Assembly (NCBI RefSeq): GCF_018977255.1
Contig: NW_024704751.1
Coordinates: 12,772,001 to 12,836,000 of the forward strand
Reading direction: 5' to 3'
From: Callorhinchus milii
Lineage: Eukaryota
Length of the DNA: 64,000 bases
Below the pieces are notes generated by a model that saw nothing but the letters and a program-made list of their open reading frames with translations, searched no databases and was not told the DNA's origin. Of this stretch, positions 62,901-64,000 are shown piece by piece. The stretch's first letter is position 1. Every line of letters starts with the position of its first letter. The position numbers and the translations under genes are program-made.

Positions 62901-63912
62901 GCTAGTCGGGCAACCGAGATGGGGATGGGAACGGAAGTAGGGTGAAGAGTTTCTTGCAGTGAAGATAGTTCTTCATTGAGGTGCGCTATGTAACGTGTAC
63001 CTGTGCCCTGTTACAGAACAGCTTCCTCTCTGCGTTGCCTTACCTGGGGGGCTGGTTGGCGATTCTTTTTGGTGGGCAACTTGCTGATTTCCTCAGGAAA
63101 CGTAAAATCTGCTCAACGTTGGCTGTCAGGAAGATCTTCACGTTGCTGGGTAGGTGACTCCCCATGTAGACTGAATACAACAAAGGTGTTTGTGTCCTCT
63201 CTGGAAAAAACTCTGCATTCCTGTAAAGTGGAGTGACTGTGGTATTTTGTGGGCAAAAAAAAATGGTTGTAACAGCTCTTGGCCATTTCCCTCTGTTCGT
63301 TCCCCATATCTGATTCCTACTTTATTGTTATCTAATCGCAGCCATTATAGAAGTTAGGAATGGAGTGGTACCCATCAAGTGTGGACTTTGATATTGGGTT
63401 ATTCAACCACAGAGAGCAATATAGCCAAACCCAATCTCGTCCTCACTTGATATCCACATATTAAACCTACGTCCCTCGGAGATTATTGCATAGGGCCATT
63501 GACCGATCAATGCACTTTATTAACGCACGTCAAAAGACAACAAGAAATTACGTTTATACAGCGCCTTTCACATCAGGAGGAGGTCCCAAGGCGCAGGACA
63601 GTCAGGGATTTGGACCTGAGAAGGGGGTTGGGATCAGGTGGGGTAGAGTATAGGAGTAGGGGTTAGATGGGTGGCCAAAGGCGCGCGGTCGGAGAGGAGG
63701 GTCTTGAGATGTGAGAAAGAGATATGGTGACTTAAATAAAGAAGTTATTTTTGTTCCCATTCAGGCACGTTGATGCCAGCGACATTCCTTATTGCTGCCG
63801 GATACGTGGGATGTAACTACAAGGCGGCAATTGCACTTCTGGCACTTTCCACCACTTTCGCAAGCTTCAACTCATCTGGATTTGCTGTCAATCACTTGGA
63901 TATAGCACCACA
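53997..63912 (+). CDS. Sialin-like SLC17-family MFS anion transporter, 3'-incomplete in this window
   Basis: Exons 53997-54129 (first coding exon, less certain), 57783-57988, 59401-59634, 60458-60545, 61087-61173, 61312-61430, 62256-62420, 63017-63149, 63765-63912; phases consistent. Motifs [60 protein letters not shown]. Orthology to SLC17A5 is uncertain, so no symbol is given. Confidence 0.92.
54240..54690 (+). mobile_element. L2 LINE ORF2 C-terminal fragment
   Basis: Decayed translation [13 protein letters not shown]...[23 protein letters not shown]...[11 protein letters not shown]...[11 protein letters not shown] is typical of L2-clade ORF2 ends. Confidence 0.85.
56752..57150 (-). mobile_element. 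L2 LINE 3' fragment with tail
   Basis: Minus strand encodes [19 protein letters not shown] and [14 protein letters not shown], ending in GGGACGTCCTCCCGACGTGAAAGGCGCT...(TTG)n. Similar pieces near 22080-22240, 53490-53665, 55890-56200 and 63540-63710. Confidence 0.8.
58350..58470 (+). pseudogene. Decayed intronic duplicate of the SLC17 TM1-coding exon (pseudo-exon)
   Basis: Shares GCTTATGCACTACGTGTC (58426-58443) with the real exon (57845-57862); translates [23 protein letters not shown] versus [24 protein letters not shown]. Confidence 0.75.
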
Positions 63913-64000
63913 GTAAGAGCAAAGGGCTGGTCAGTTCCCTTGGGAAGGAAAGAAAACCTAGTCCAGCTTTCCTATATTCTGCATAAGACATGATTAGTTC

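Overview
Eukaryotic (vertebrate) genomic DNA. The repeat content (tRNA-headed Deu-type SINEs with an L2-type tail, L2 and CR1 LINE fragments) suggests a cartilaginous fish, possibly a chimaera; this is an inference. Five intron-containing genes were assembled by hand from GT-AG junctions and translation: TEKT2 (+, complete, 430 aa), a divergent RBM24/RBM38-family RRM gene (+, with a 1-bp frameshift in its last exon), CAP1 (+, complete, 462 aa), PPT1 (-, complete, 306 aa) and a sialin/SLC17-family transporter (+, runs off the window end). Most ORFs in the supplied track are artefacts of repeats or exon-plus-intron read-through. Main points of interest: (1) an RBM24/38-like gene directly upstream of CAP1 mirrors the human RBM24-CAP2 pair and is a candidate third ohnologue absent from the human CAP1 locus; (2) PPT1 and the SLC17 gene are head-to-head around a CpG island with eight CLEAR/E-box motifs built by tandem duplication, a candidate bidirectional lysosomal promoter; (3) the SLC17 protein looks intermediate between sialin and SLC17A1-4 and its gene carries a decayed duplicate of an exon; (4) a CCAAT/GC-box minisatellite lies upstream of the RBM gene and a perfect 25-bp hairpin lies in a TEKT2 intron. 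All protein comparisons are from recall, not database searches.
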